A stretch of 61,077 nucleotides of DNA, the filler included, from Sphacelaria rigidula (lineage: Eukaryota): NCBI GenBank assembly GCA_964200075.2. It is 8 parts of 8 records of this genome, joined end to end, with 100 filler letters (N's around TTAATTAATTAA, not from the genome) between each part and the next. Parts side by side here need not be neighbours in the genome. Positions count along the whole stretch, not along the records: positions 7,649 to 15,195 come from CAXNAA020014392.1; positions 15,296 to 22,842 come from CAXNAA020014393.1; positions 22,943 to 30,489 come from CAXNAA020014394.1; 5 more parts are not named here. The stretch is one strand, 5' to 3'. The notes below the pieces were generated by a model, which had not been told where the DNA came from, searched no databases, and was given only the letters and a program-made list of their open reading frames with translations. Shown in pieces: positions 12,292-23,634 of this stretch; the first letter of the stretch is position 1, and the number at the start of each line of letters is the position of its first letter. Both the position numbers and the translations under genes were made by a program.

Positions 12292-12424
12292 ATGGTCGTC
12301 TCGTCGAATCGACAATTTTGGTGCGAAAAAGCGCAGGTCGCGTGGTCATCTGTAGATTCGAAGGCGTGTTTGGAGCGGGCGAAGGAAGCATTGCTGCTGC
12401 GGTTTCCACTGGGAACAGAGGCGG
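12292..12424 (+). CDS. Putative exon of the same gene (MVVSSNRQFWCEKAQVAW...FPLGTEA)
   Basis: Strong pyrimidine tract plus CAG, phase 0 matching the preceding donor; 3' boundary uncertain. Confidence 0.55.
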
Positions 12425-13212
12425 GTATCTTCGTCACCGCGATTCTGGCTGCGGCAAGAGTACGAGTGCGAGCTGAGGCAGCGAGTGTGAGTATTGGGGT
12501 TGGCATATGGAAAGTGCTCATACCAAGTATTGACCATGCCTGTTCCTGTTCAGCCGCTGTTCTCCTGTTCAGCCACTGTCAGCCGGCCTGATGTGAATAC
12601 TCCCCCTATCTGCTCTCCCTGACGGGCCTACGCCACATGTTGGTTGGTCACGCTTGTTGTTGCTTTAGAAGAAGCTTATTATGGTAGACCTGAGCGTCTC
12701 CGCCACCCCGAACTACTACGCTCCAGTCAGAGGTCTACACTGCATGTTCGCCGATCATGCCTGTTCTTGTCTTGGAAGAGGCCGTGCAGGCCCAGGTGTT
12801 TTCCCCCGTATGTGCTACACTTGCGAGGCCATCTGGATCGGGAGTCGTTTTTACACCGGAAACGATGCAGATTCAACTGATGGCCCACCCTGGCGCTCGA
12901 AGGGCGGGTAAAATCAAATCTTTTATTGTATCTTCGGTCACCCCGACGACGAATTTCGGTTGATATTTGAGCATATGGCATTCTGCAGACCGAATCATTG
13001 CCGGAATCTCACGTTTGGGCCACTTTGTCTCTACGTGCATCACGTGGTGTACTCTCATCAAAAACGTTAAAAGAAAGTGTGCAGCACCCGGTGTTGAGTG
13101 TTGCAGGTCCACGGGGCAAGCCTCCAGTCGTGGCCGGGAAGTTGCGATGGCGGGTAGTGTGTACCGTGGTCTTGACTATTGAGGGAGTGAACACGGAACG
13201 GCTGATGGCTCG

Positions 13213-13281
13213 TGTCCCGTATGCTCCCGTGCGGTCCCGTGCCGTCCCGTGCCGTCCCGTGCTGTCCCGTGCCATCCCGTA
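13213..13281. repeat. Degenerate 10-bp tandem repeat (CCCGTGCCGT)n
   Basis: About 6-7 units directly visible. Confidence 0.85.
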
Positions 13282-13699
13282 CTTACCCTCAGCCCTGTTC
13301 CTCTCCAAACGATAGACACGTACACGCAAGCCATCCAGTGCAAAATCGTAGTCACCCGCATCGACATTAAGACAACACATCAGAGACACAAGTGGTCGGT
13401 ACTCAGGCAGCTTTAACTCTCTGAGCCTTTTCCCCACTTCCCAGAGGCTTCATTCTATGTGTGTGTGTAACGCCACCATCTGTATGACGAAGTGCTGCGT
13501 TTCGTCACAGACCATCATCAAGGATGAGACGGAGATATTGGTGTTTCAGTGCGCACCACCCGTCGCAAATTTTCATATTCCCGTGCCCCAGATGCCGCGC
13601 CCCCACGACCTGACGTGTACACTTGAAGCTAGTCAAGTCGGAAGGTCTCGGATTCGAATCCTCACAGACACGTTGCCGTTTAGCGGAAATGGATAAGCG

Positions 13700-14896
13700 A
13701 CAGGTTCAGGTATACCCAAATGTGTTTCCATCAGATTCAGGCACATGGTGTGCGGGCGGAAGTGCTGGCCAAATTTCCGGTCACGTGATTGGCCGAATCC
13801 ATTGCATACCTGTTTCTGGTGGAAAACGCGCTAGGTATACCTGATTCTTTCCTCCCACAATAAACCATTGAATACATTAATTCATGAGAGCACTCAAATA
13901 TGGCGGGAATTGTACCCGATTCTGATGAAATCCAAGCGGATGACACGTTTTATGTCAGTCCTCCCAGCTGTGGCAAAACAATGATGGTTGTACACTTTTG
14001 AGCCCTGCCCACGCTGGTCACACCCGCTCAAAAAGATGGCATCTGCTACGATCTCCGAGCGAAGTTCGATTCTCGCTTGCCCTCGGCAGGTAACCCATGC
14101 ATACTGACGAACACAATGGTGCGCAGCGAGTACCGACAAAGAAGAGTCAGGCACACCAACGATCTGGAAGAGCCATGCATGCAAAGGCCCCGCGAGCGAC
14201 GGCACGCCATCAAGGCGGAGAAACAGGCGGAGGAAGAGGCGGTAAAATACCGCTGACTAATGCCCCGTGCTGTCTGTGTGCCCACGTGCGCATGTTGTAC
14301 ACTTCCCTGCACCAAGCACCTGCCACCAATGGCAATGGGCGGTACTATTCCCATATCAGTGCCATTTTACCGCCTTCTTGTCCGCCTCGTTGGCTTGCCG
14401 TCGCTCGTGAAAGTTTTGCGTGCACGGCTCTTTGAGGGAGTCGGGCGTGCGTGACTCTTCTTTGGTGGCACACGCTACACCGTTGTGTTTGTCTGTGTGC
14501 ATGGGTTCATCTTTCGCGAGCTAACTCGGTGGCCGGATCTCCGCACGCAAGAGTCGACGTTTTTTCGGAGATCGGAACTCATGCCGTCTTGTCGAGCGGG
14601 GTGTAACGTTTGGGAAGAGCGCGAAAGTTTACGGCCATCGTTGTTTCCGCCACTGCCAGAAGGGCTGAAATACGCCATCTAAGTCCCTTGGAATCCGCCA
14701 CATTCAGATACCCTTGGAAGTTTAGGTGTTTGTTTTGTAGACAAAAAATACTCGGGTATACCTGGCGCGTTTTTCGCCCGAAATAGATGTGTGGCGGTTT
14801 CGGTCAATCATGTGGTTAGAAATCTTGCCGACTGGCTTGTCCTTGTTACCCGCACACGATGTTTCAAACTCTGAGGGGAATGCGGCCGGGTATAGC
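13700..14896. mobile_element. Old foldback/long-TIR element
   Basis: 13700-13910 is an imperfect reverse complement of 14690-14896 (GGAAAACGCGCTAGGTATACCTGA vs TCGGGTATACCTGGCGCGTTTTTC). Confidence 0.55.
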
Positions 14897-14949
14897 TACA
14901 TAGACATGTTGTTAGCACCTAGCCAAGTCTGGTTTCCGTCTTTGAAATC

Positions 14950-15120
14950 GTGGGAAGGTGAGTGACGAACGAAGTTCAACGAGAACAGAGGCGGTGCGGG
15001 AGTGCTGATCCAATCCACGGTACAGTCCATGGTACCAGAACATAAGGTAGGTGCCGGGGACAAAACCATGCGATCCCGTCAGACATCGAGCTCGTCCCGA
15101 GGAGGAGGAACGGGCGGAGG
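14950..15120 (+). mobile_element. 3' half of tRNA-derived SINE
   Basis: Matches the reverse complement of 16790-16960 (GCGGTGC...GATCCAATCC...CTCGTCCCGAGG). Confidence 0.6.
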
Positions 15121-15295
15121 GGAGGAGGTGTACTCATGATCATGTATGCCATAGTCATTAGACCAATGACCTCGCATCCCTACAAAGCCGGGACGNNNNN
15201 NNNNNNNNNNNNNNNNNNNNNNNNNNNNNNNNNNNNNNNTTAATTAATTAANNNNNNNNNNNNNNNNNNNNNNNNNNNNNNNNNNNNNNNNNNNN

Positions 15296-15471
15296 AAAAT
15301 GCTTTGTGCGGTATCTCACCAACCAGACCGCCGAATTCCTCGAATGGGGTACTGTACGGTAGCTGCATGCGCAGGACGTGTGCTCAAGCACAACAAAAGT
15401 TACCTGTCACGAACGCTAGAGCATCCACTCTGAATCCGATGTTACGCTCTGATTCTCACGTATATGGTGTT
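15296..15471. mobile_element. Right part of the MITE also found at 19550-20012
   Basis: Near-identical to 19835-20010; truncated by contig start. Confidence 0.85.
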
Positions 15472-16360
15472 ACTTGCGCACCTGGCTACAGTCTGGTATT
15501 TCGTTTGATGAGACCTTGTCGGATACATCGTCAGTTAGAACGGGCTAAAGGAAAGTGAGCTTCTTCGGCGGCCCAGCCTGTATTGATGATAAAAACGTCG
15601 TGTCAAAAGTTTAGCGCCCAACTTCTCGGATTACCCACAGCCGGGCCCGAAAACATTTAAAAATCAGCCAGCTAGCCCAGCTGGTACAAAGCTGTAGATT
15701 TAACGACGATTCGGATGCGTACATTCTACGCCGCTTATTTGCTACACGCCATTTAAATATTTACAGAACTCCGTAGGCATGTACGGTCCATATCATACGT
15801 CGACGCGAGAGTGTATTACTCGTACGGCCTTCCAACTGCGCTCCACGAGATAGTTCATCCGCAGCAAAGGGTGTGACAAATGTCAACCACATAAAGCTTT
15901 CGTTACTGCGGAAGAAATAACGGGCTCTCGTGTCTAAATGTGTACATGTATCGCACATGAAGACTGCTCACGTCTTTTTTATTTTTTTCGTGTACTGAAT
16001 ATTCTTCTCAAATCGTCGACCTAGTAGACCGCTATCGATACTTCACCGAGTAAAGAGATTATGTATTCGTCCCACGCGTCGTGGGCTATCCCAACAAAAT
16101 AACCGTTGCCGGAGAGTCGCCAGATAACCTTCCAGTACAGATATTCTGGTGCTGAGATACCTTCATTGCACCCGTGCCACCATACCGCACACACTGCTCG
16201 GTTGCCTCACCCCTTTCACGACGACAGTCAGTGAATACAGTATATTTAACATTGTCAAGTGAAGGCGCTACTAATCAGGAATTGTACGCCGATCGGGGCT
16301 GCATTGTGGAGGGATAGCTTACTCCTGAAATGCTATGTTGTCTCGACTCATCAACTCAAG

Positions 16361-16469
16361 GGCACGTCGAAGGGAAGTCAGTCAGCAGCTGGCTGCAGTT
16401 GTAGCACAGGAACTCCGGGCTGTCCAAGGGCAGGCTGCAGAGATTGACATTCACAAGGTCGTCGGCCAG
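16361..16469 (+). CDS. Possible isolated exon (ARRREVSQQLAAVVAQELRAVQGQAAEIDIHKVVGQ)
   Basis: Helical coding-like frame between an AG and CAG|GT; no family recognised. Confidence 0.3.
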
Positions 16470-16785
16470 GTCCGGGTCCAGACCGGCACTCTGAGGGGCA
16501 CAGGCAAAACACGTGCAGAGGCTTTAGCAGATTTCCTTCGCACAACGGGATTAAGTACTCCAAGGCATTACGTTTTGCCGGCAACCCATGGCTGCTTGCG
16601 GGGCTACTCCTGTGCACTATTACCCATGAATATCCGTGGGAGTCCGCAACCTGAAACCAGCGGCTGCTAAATACTTCGTCATTTTTCACTCCCGCCACAG
16701 TGGTTGTGCATAAAACAAAGAGAATAGCAACCCCCCCTCCTCTATCATTCTTGATTTATTTTTTCGCTTATTTGTCGCACTTTGA

Positions 16786-17080
16786 ACCACTCCCCTTCCT
16801 CGGGATGAGTCCGGGGTGTCAAGGGATCAATCTATCTCTCCCCCGGTACACGCCTTGCATTTTGGTCTCGCGGATTGGATCATGACCATCAGCACTCATG
16901 CACCGCGTCAACTTACGTCAAACAAACTGGATCAACTACTTTGTTTACTCACGTTCTCACGCTTTTCACGGTGAAAATCAGACACTACGAATAAAACTCA
17001 CGACGCATCGGGAATCGAACCCTCGTTCTCTCCACCCTGGTGGTGACAGTCGGACCATTACACCGCAGGGGTGCAGCGGC
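16786..17080 (-). mobile_element. tRNA-derived SINE copy 1
   Basis: Head GCCGCTGCACCCC, A-box-like CGGTGTAATGG, B-box GGTTCGATTCC, shared body and G-rich tail. Confidence 0.8.
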
Positions 17081-17090
17081 AACCCCCTGG

Positions 17091-17647
17091 CCGGCAAAAA
17101 CTCGGCGTGCTCCGTCCCGACAATTTAGGGACGGACCCTCTATGCGGTCGGCGTCGGTTGGCGACGACGCTGTAAAATACGCCATTCACTACGTGAGCTA
17201 GGCAACCAGGTTGCCGATATTTTGTTGCGCGCTTCCCTTTTTGTTTTGCGTTAACCATGATGGTAGTCGAACTTCATCATGTTGTGCGGTGTAGGAGAAC
17301 CTCAACTCCGTACAATGGGGATCATCGTACCACGAAGTGCTTAAATGGTGAGACACCCATGACGCAGTGTATAAGCCATGGCTGTTTTTGAAAGTGGTGA
17401 TACCAAAAAATGAAGCGACTCATTGTGGGCTGTCATCCTAATGCAAGATGATCAATAGGCTTCGCGCCGAACAACCTCAACAGGATGTAACTCACCCTTA
17501 ATGCGACTCGCCGAACACACCACGGCGCTTCGCGCTTGGTGATTGAGTGCGAGCCCAGTCCGGCAAAACCCGGCATGCTCAGTCTTGGTTTCGTAGGGAT
17601 GCGAGGTCAATGGTCTCATGACTCTGGTATGCATGATCATGAGTACA
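17091..17647. repeat. Interspersed repeat family A; further copies at 15128-15195, 22030-22350, 22943-23101, 23141-23591, 52345-52520
   Basis: Clear alignments by eye, e.g. AACCATGATGGTAGTCGA, GACACCCATGA, ATGCGACTCGCCGAA, CATGATCATGAGTAC. Confidence 0.9.
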
Positions 17648-18179
17648 CCTCCCCTCCCCCCGAATCTGCAGAAAACGTTTTTTTCTGTAGAAATCCGCCG
17701 AATATCGTTGAAATACTTTATCCTGCGCGACTACGGGGAGACATTTTCGTCAGAGGTGTGTCGCCTCGACAGGACTTCATATTGCCAGTTGGCCAGATGT
17801 GAATTTAATGCGCATGTCAATCAATGAAGTCAACAGACGAGTCCCGGTTCGAGCTCTCCGGCGCCAGCACCCTCAGGTACATTTTGGGTGGACCAATGGG
17901 CTAGATACCGAACGCAATTGCTTTGATCGAGCCCTACAATACATGGGTCAAGGAATAGACGTCATTTCATCATCAAGGGTGCTTCTCAAAACGAGAGAGG
18001 AGTCTATTGAGGTGAAGCGTCAGGTCAGCAGTCATCAAAGGCGGGTGGGTGGCAACGTTCCGAGAGGAAGTCTAGCAATCAAAGGATATTTTCAAAATGA
18101 TCGTACACCAGGACAGCACACGTCCTCCAGATGCACGGGGCCCCAGCCGATCGTTTGTTGTAATGGTCGTGCTTTCAAC

Positions 18180-18470
18180 CCCCCACTCCCCACCATTCCT
18201 CGGGACGAGTCAGTGGTCTCAAGGGATCAAACCGTCTGTCTCTCCGCCCGTACACCCCGTCCATTTTGATATCGACGATTGGATCGGCACAGCCGCACGG
18301 CGTCGACCCTCGTCTAACCAACATTCGTCTTCGCTAGTCAAGGTTTCGTATTTTCAAGGTTGACAAACCAGATATTTCTTGGGAGAAAATACACTACATC
18401 TACCGAGACTCGAACTCGCATTTTTTCGCCCTATCCGATTGGCCAGTTACACCACCGGGGTGCGGCGGCT
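18180..18470 (-). mobile_element. tRNA-derived SINE copy 2
   Basis: GCCGCCGCACCCCGG, A-box TGGTGTAACTGG, B-box AGTTCGAGTCT, shared tail. Confidence 0.75.
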
Positions 18471-18924
18471 ACCGATCTAATTTTTTGATTGATCGATTGA
18501 TTGATTGTGATCAAATTGCCTGGAAAATCTCTAAGTCGCGTTCATGTTCGGCGAACACTCTGTGGCTTTGGCGGGATCTTGCACATCGGCAGGAGTCGAG
18601 AAGGAGTGCGTCCTACTAGTCATTTCACTGTCTTCACCAAACCCCCGCTTGTCTGAAGTGATGGGCTTTCACTGGCGCATGAACTTGTGGGTGTGTGGTC
18701 TATTGCATCGCCCGCAAGACGTGGTGGGAGTTGGCAAGGAAACCTCACTTCACAAGTGTGGGGTCGTGGTAGATATCATGACACACCAAGGCATCACTAC
18801 TACTACTCTGCAGTCATTGTGAAGTGTGTATGTAACGCTAGTGTTTTGTGCTGATGATTCACTGATCGCTTGGAAGAAGACCATCGCCTAAGGCGGTACT
18901 CCTGGCTTTTCCGTCACATTTCCC

Positions 18925-19211
18925 ACCCGGCCCCTTTCTCGGGAGCGGTCTAGCGTCTCAAGTTACCAACCCATCTCTCCCGGTACATGCCTTGCACTAC
19001 GGTCTCGAGGGTTAGATCAGCAATCTCGCACCGCGTCAGCCCCCGCCAAAACAATTCAATCAAACTATTTCTGTCTACTCACGTCCTCCAAGCTTTCAAC
19101 GGCGGAAATCGGATACTTTGGAGAAAACACATATAACGGAAATCGAACCCGAGTTTTCTTCACCCAAATGGTGTCGGTTGGATCATTAGACCACTGTGGC
19201 GTGGCGGCCGC
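18925..19211 (-). mobile_element. tRNA-derived SINE copy 3
   Basis: A-box TGGTCTAATGA, B-box GGTTCGATTTC, shared body. Confidence 0.75.
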
Positions 19212-19549
19212 ATTACTGTGCTGGATACATGGGCGCTGACCGTATTGGCGTACATGTACCGTTGGTACCGGAAAAATCATCATGAGTATGATTCTCAGCT
19301 CTTCCGCGCATGCGCGGTTTCGGAAATCCCGTGTTTTGGAGGAGTCGTGTGATGAAAAAGGAGAGTATAAAGCCCACCGTCATGACAGAAGTCACTAAGA
19401 ATTCCCCAATGTGTCAAGGTCTTAAGTATTTACAGGATTCAAGACTCAAAGTACATCGATCGGAAGGATTGTGGATCTTCTGCCCTGAGCCCAGCAGCAC
19501 TGGATACTAGTTCAGCCTGACTGTTCTGTACTAGTGAGGAGCAAGCGGA

Positions 19550-20012
19550 TATAACACTGTATTCGTGAGATTCAGAGTGTAACATCGGATTCAGAGTGAG
19601 ACCCGAAACAATTGACTTTCCCGTCGAGTTTGACATCGCCACAGTTCGAGGAGTAATGCGCCCAGCTAGTGAAGCGGTGGCCCCAATGAAAGCTGTCACC
19701 TACACGATCAATTTGACACGTCACCTCATCGCAACGACCTAGTCAGTCCATTGCAACAAAAGATCTCCTCTTTCAGGAAAAAGCGATTAGTGCCTGAAAC
19801 AGTTTCAGTTCCGAAATGCCCCCCCCAGGCGTAAAAATGCTTTGTGCGGTATCTCACCGACCAGACCGCCGAATTCCTCGAATGGGGTACTGTACGGTAG
19901 CTGCATGCGCAGGACGTGTGCTCAAGCAAAACAAAAGTTACCTGTCAGGAACACTAGAGTATCCACTCTGAATCCAATGTTACGCTCTGATTCTCACGTA
20001 TATGGTGTTATA
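19550..20012. mobile_element. MITE with ~49-bp TIRs (TATAACA...TGTTATA)
   Basis: TATAACACTGTATTCGTGAGATTCAGAGTGTAACATCGGATTCAGAGTG inverted against CACTCTGAATCCAATGTTACGCTCTGATTCTCACGTATATGGTGTTATA. Confidence 0.8.
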
Positions 20013-20037
20013 TCATGTCTAGCGTACATTTGCTCAC

Positions 20038-20932
20038 CTCCAGCAGTTCGGCGGAATATTTTACGAGGGTAGGATATGTCCGGAGGGGATCGGAAACGTT
20101 GACCCAGGCCTCGAGGATCTCATCCAAAAACACTTCAACATCCTGGTAGTTGGGGTCGCCGGCGAGGTTGGTGGTCTCGGATGGATCCGTCGTGAGGTCG
20201 TATATCTCGTCCTGACATGTATCAAATGAGAACATTTGTTGTAGACAACGTGCGTGTTCTCCCGGGGAATACAGTGCTTGGTTGCAACGCCACCATGGGA
20301 TTCAATGTATGTACATCGAAATTGTTTCCAAACAACACTCAATATATGCCCATACACTTGCATTGCAACAAGGGACCCTTACAGCAAGAAGCCTCCAAAC
20401 GGGTTAAACTTTCGAACTGCCTGTCAAACCTAGTGGTAGCAGCACGGCAATTCATGTGAGCCTTGCTGAATAAAGCTCACGTACCGGTAAGTATAAGAAA
20501 ACGAAATTGCTATAATACCATGTATGCACACGTACAACTCGATACCGGCCCTCGGTGTTGGTGAGTATTTTCTACTGTACCAGTGGGACTGATGGTTCCT
20601 AGCTCTCGTAAGCGGCCACCGCGTTCAAGGGTCCGATCAATGATTGGTCACACGCGACTCATTGACAAGAGCACATCTCTTAGGTCCTTGCAAGCATTTG
20701 CAGAACGCCGACTCACATAATACTCGCCGATGCAGTTGCGGCACAGCTTGTAGTCGCTGCCTGCGTATGTGGCGATCACTGCCTCAACGTATGAACCATC
20801 GTCGTTGTACAACGACATTGACTCGCTAGATCTAAAGCCGGGGCCAGCGGCGATGTTGAAGTTGACCTCGGCCAATCGTTCTGGGATCAAAGCTCCCCGG
20901 GAAAGATATGCCCACAGGTCGCGGCCGTCGAC
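20038..20932 (-). CDS. Sulfatase (arylsulfatase-like) C-terminal exons 20932-20717 and 20211-20038
   Basis: VDGRDLW...DYKL and EIYDLTTDPSETTNLA motifs typical of sulfatase C-termini; CAG acceptors, GTGAG donors, phase 0; catalytic CxPxR exon not seen in contig. Confidence 0.75.
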
Positions 20933-23634
20933 CTGCAAGATCGAGAGACGATGGGCATTGTGAATGGTGTCTTCGCACGAACGATTGCGTTTTGCATTTT
21001 ATTGGCAGTGGACAATATTCTGCAGAAGATTGGTATTTCAACCGTGAATAACAAACGGCAGGGCGCAAGGCGCGTGATTCCCATCCGCACCGCGCACTCG
21101 ACCGCCAGAACTCGCGAAGGAAGTCGCATTTCCTTGCATGGTGTGCTCCACCCACTGCACCCGTGTTTTCAGTCAACTGCACTCACACCTCTTGTCCTCT
21201 GATGCTCCTTGCATCAATATTCGCCGTCATATCTCTTACCTCCGATCGTGCTCTTGTCGACTTGGCAGCGACACATTGTGTCGGTAACTCTGCGTCGAGA
21301 GCTCAGAACGACATGTAGAGCGTGTACCGTGCGTTTCACATCTACTTTATGGTGTTCACTCTTCCTTTTGCTCAGCAGTACACCGATCGACGACACATGT
21401 GACTCGAAATACGATTTACTCCGCCTGGTAAGTTTGTTGTCTTCTGCTTTCGCTACGAATCAAGAACGCAAGTGGTACCTGTCGGAGGCCGTGGACGAGA
21501 CGCCTAAGATGCGAATGGAGGCATGGTTGGCATCAATGAAATGCCGAGGGCTCCAGTCATCCGACGACACACATAATCCGCTGCTGTACATCGACTCGCG
21601 CCCCGCCGCTCGTGTCCAAACAATCCAAAGGAAAGCTACACACAGTAGGTTATTTTTGCTTGAAATTGTGTTTTTGGATGTTTCACTTGATTGAGAAAGT
21701 CTCGAGAGATTTCGAAAGGTTTCATTATGGAAGGAAGGAGAGACTGGCACGTAGATAAGAAAGTTGAATGTCGAACGAATTACGCGCATCTTTGTTTGGG
21801 TCAAAGTCGTATTCACATGTCAGTTACTTCTCACCATTTGCTTTCTGCAAATATCAAATATATGGACTTCCACAACTATCAAAAGTCAATACAGGACTAC
21901 CGCGTGCGAAACGTAAAATAGAAAAATATTCATGAAGGCAAAACCGTATTTTCAAGGCTACCCAAAGCGCATCTTTATTTGTTGAGCTGATCTATTTTTG
22001 ACGTCGGCCCCTCAATGAATCACGTACCCCCCGTGGGATTGGCGTCGGTTAGCGATGACGCCATAAAACACGCCACTCACTACGGAAGCTAGACAACCAG
22101 CTTACCGTTTTTTCTGCACGTTTGCGTTTGTTTTTGCGGTAACCATGATGGTAGTCGAGCTATATCATGTTGTGCGGGGTGGGAGAATCTCAACTCCGCA
22201 CGATGGGGATGATCGCACCACGTAGTCTTCGAACGATAAGGCACCCATGAGGCAGTGTATAAGCCGTGGCGGTCTCAGGAAGTGGCGATACCAGAAAATA
22301 AAGCAACTCATTGTAGGCTGTTATCCAAATGTGAGATAATCAGTAGGCTCTCAAAACCTGAGGGAGGACGGCTTCCCTGTCCCCCAGCCAGGCATTGATG
22401 AACGAGGAAAGACTTTCAACTGGATCCGAAGCGGCCACCTTAAATCAGGTTGTGAGAGCCGTTTGAATTTTGTGGATGCAGTTGATGAAACTCAAACTCT
22501 CTAGCTTTCACAGATGTTGCGACTTCGGTGCAGTTTGTCACCGTGACCACCTCTGAGTAGACGGGAGTACGCGCTCCAGCAACGAAAGGTAGCTATGATC
22601 CGGTTTGCCTGCCGTACTGCCGACAGCGTCGCGTGAAAGCCACAAGGCCTTTGCTGTCGGCGGTTGATGGCGTGGGTCTCGGATACAACGACATGCGATT
22701 GATCGTATAGCACTCTCGTCTCTCCTCCCAACTTGTGGTAATCCATGACCTCCTGACATCGGAATAATTATTACTTATGGGAAGCTACTCGTACTGTACC
22801 GAGCTGTCCACGCGACCAGCGTGTGCTGCAGATTGCCTATGCNNNNNNNNNNNNNNNNNNNNNNNNNNNNNNNNNNNNNNNNNNNNTTAATTAATTAANN
22901 NNNNNNNNNNNNNNNNNNNNNNNNNNNNNNNNNNNNNNNNNNGAGGCAGCTCACCCTTCATGCGACTCGCCGAATACACCAGGGCGCTTCGCGCTTGGTG
23001 ATTGAGTGCGAGCCTGGTCCGGCGAAAACCCGGCGTGCTCCATCCCGGCTTCGTAGGGAGGTCAATGGTCTGATGACTATGGCATGCATGATCATGAGTA
23101 CACACACACACACACACACACACGCACGCACGTTACTCAATACGTGAGCTAGGCGACCAGGCCACCGATTTTTTTTGCGCGCTTACGTTTTTCTTTGCGG
23201 TAACCATGATGGTAGTCGAGCTAGACAATGTTGTGCGGAGTGGGAGAACCTCAACTGTGCACAAAGGGGATAATCGTACTATGAAGTGTTTGAACGGTGA
23301 GACACCCATGAGGCAATGTATAATCCGTGGCTGTCTCTGGAAATGGCGATACCAGAGAATGAGGCAGCTCACTGTAGGTTGTCATCCGCATGCAAAATAA
23401 TCGGTAGGCGTCAGGCCGAACAATCTTAGCAGAATGCAACTCACCCTTCATGCGACTCGCCGAACACACGACGGCGATTCGCGCTTGGTGATTGAGGGCG
23501 AGCCTTCGGCGAAAACCCGGCGTGCTCCGTGCCGGCTTTGTAGGGATGCGAGGTCAGTGATCTTATGAGTACGGTATGCATGATCATAAGTCCCCCCTCC
23601 CCCCCCCCCGCCCGCCCGCCCTCTCCGTGAGCAG

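Noticed and set aside
13213-13281. CRISPR-like repeat
   Set aside because: 10-bp tandem units without spacers in eukaryotic DNA
17000-17080. Possible tRNA gene
   Set aside because: Has A/B boxes but no convincing cloverleaf and is fused to a repeated body, so treated as a SINE head
21378-21650. Plus-strand exon-like pieces (STPIDDTCDSKYDLLRL; ERKWYLSEAVDE...)
   Set aside because: No consistent splice model or recognisable family
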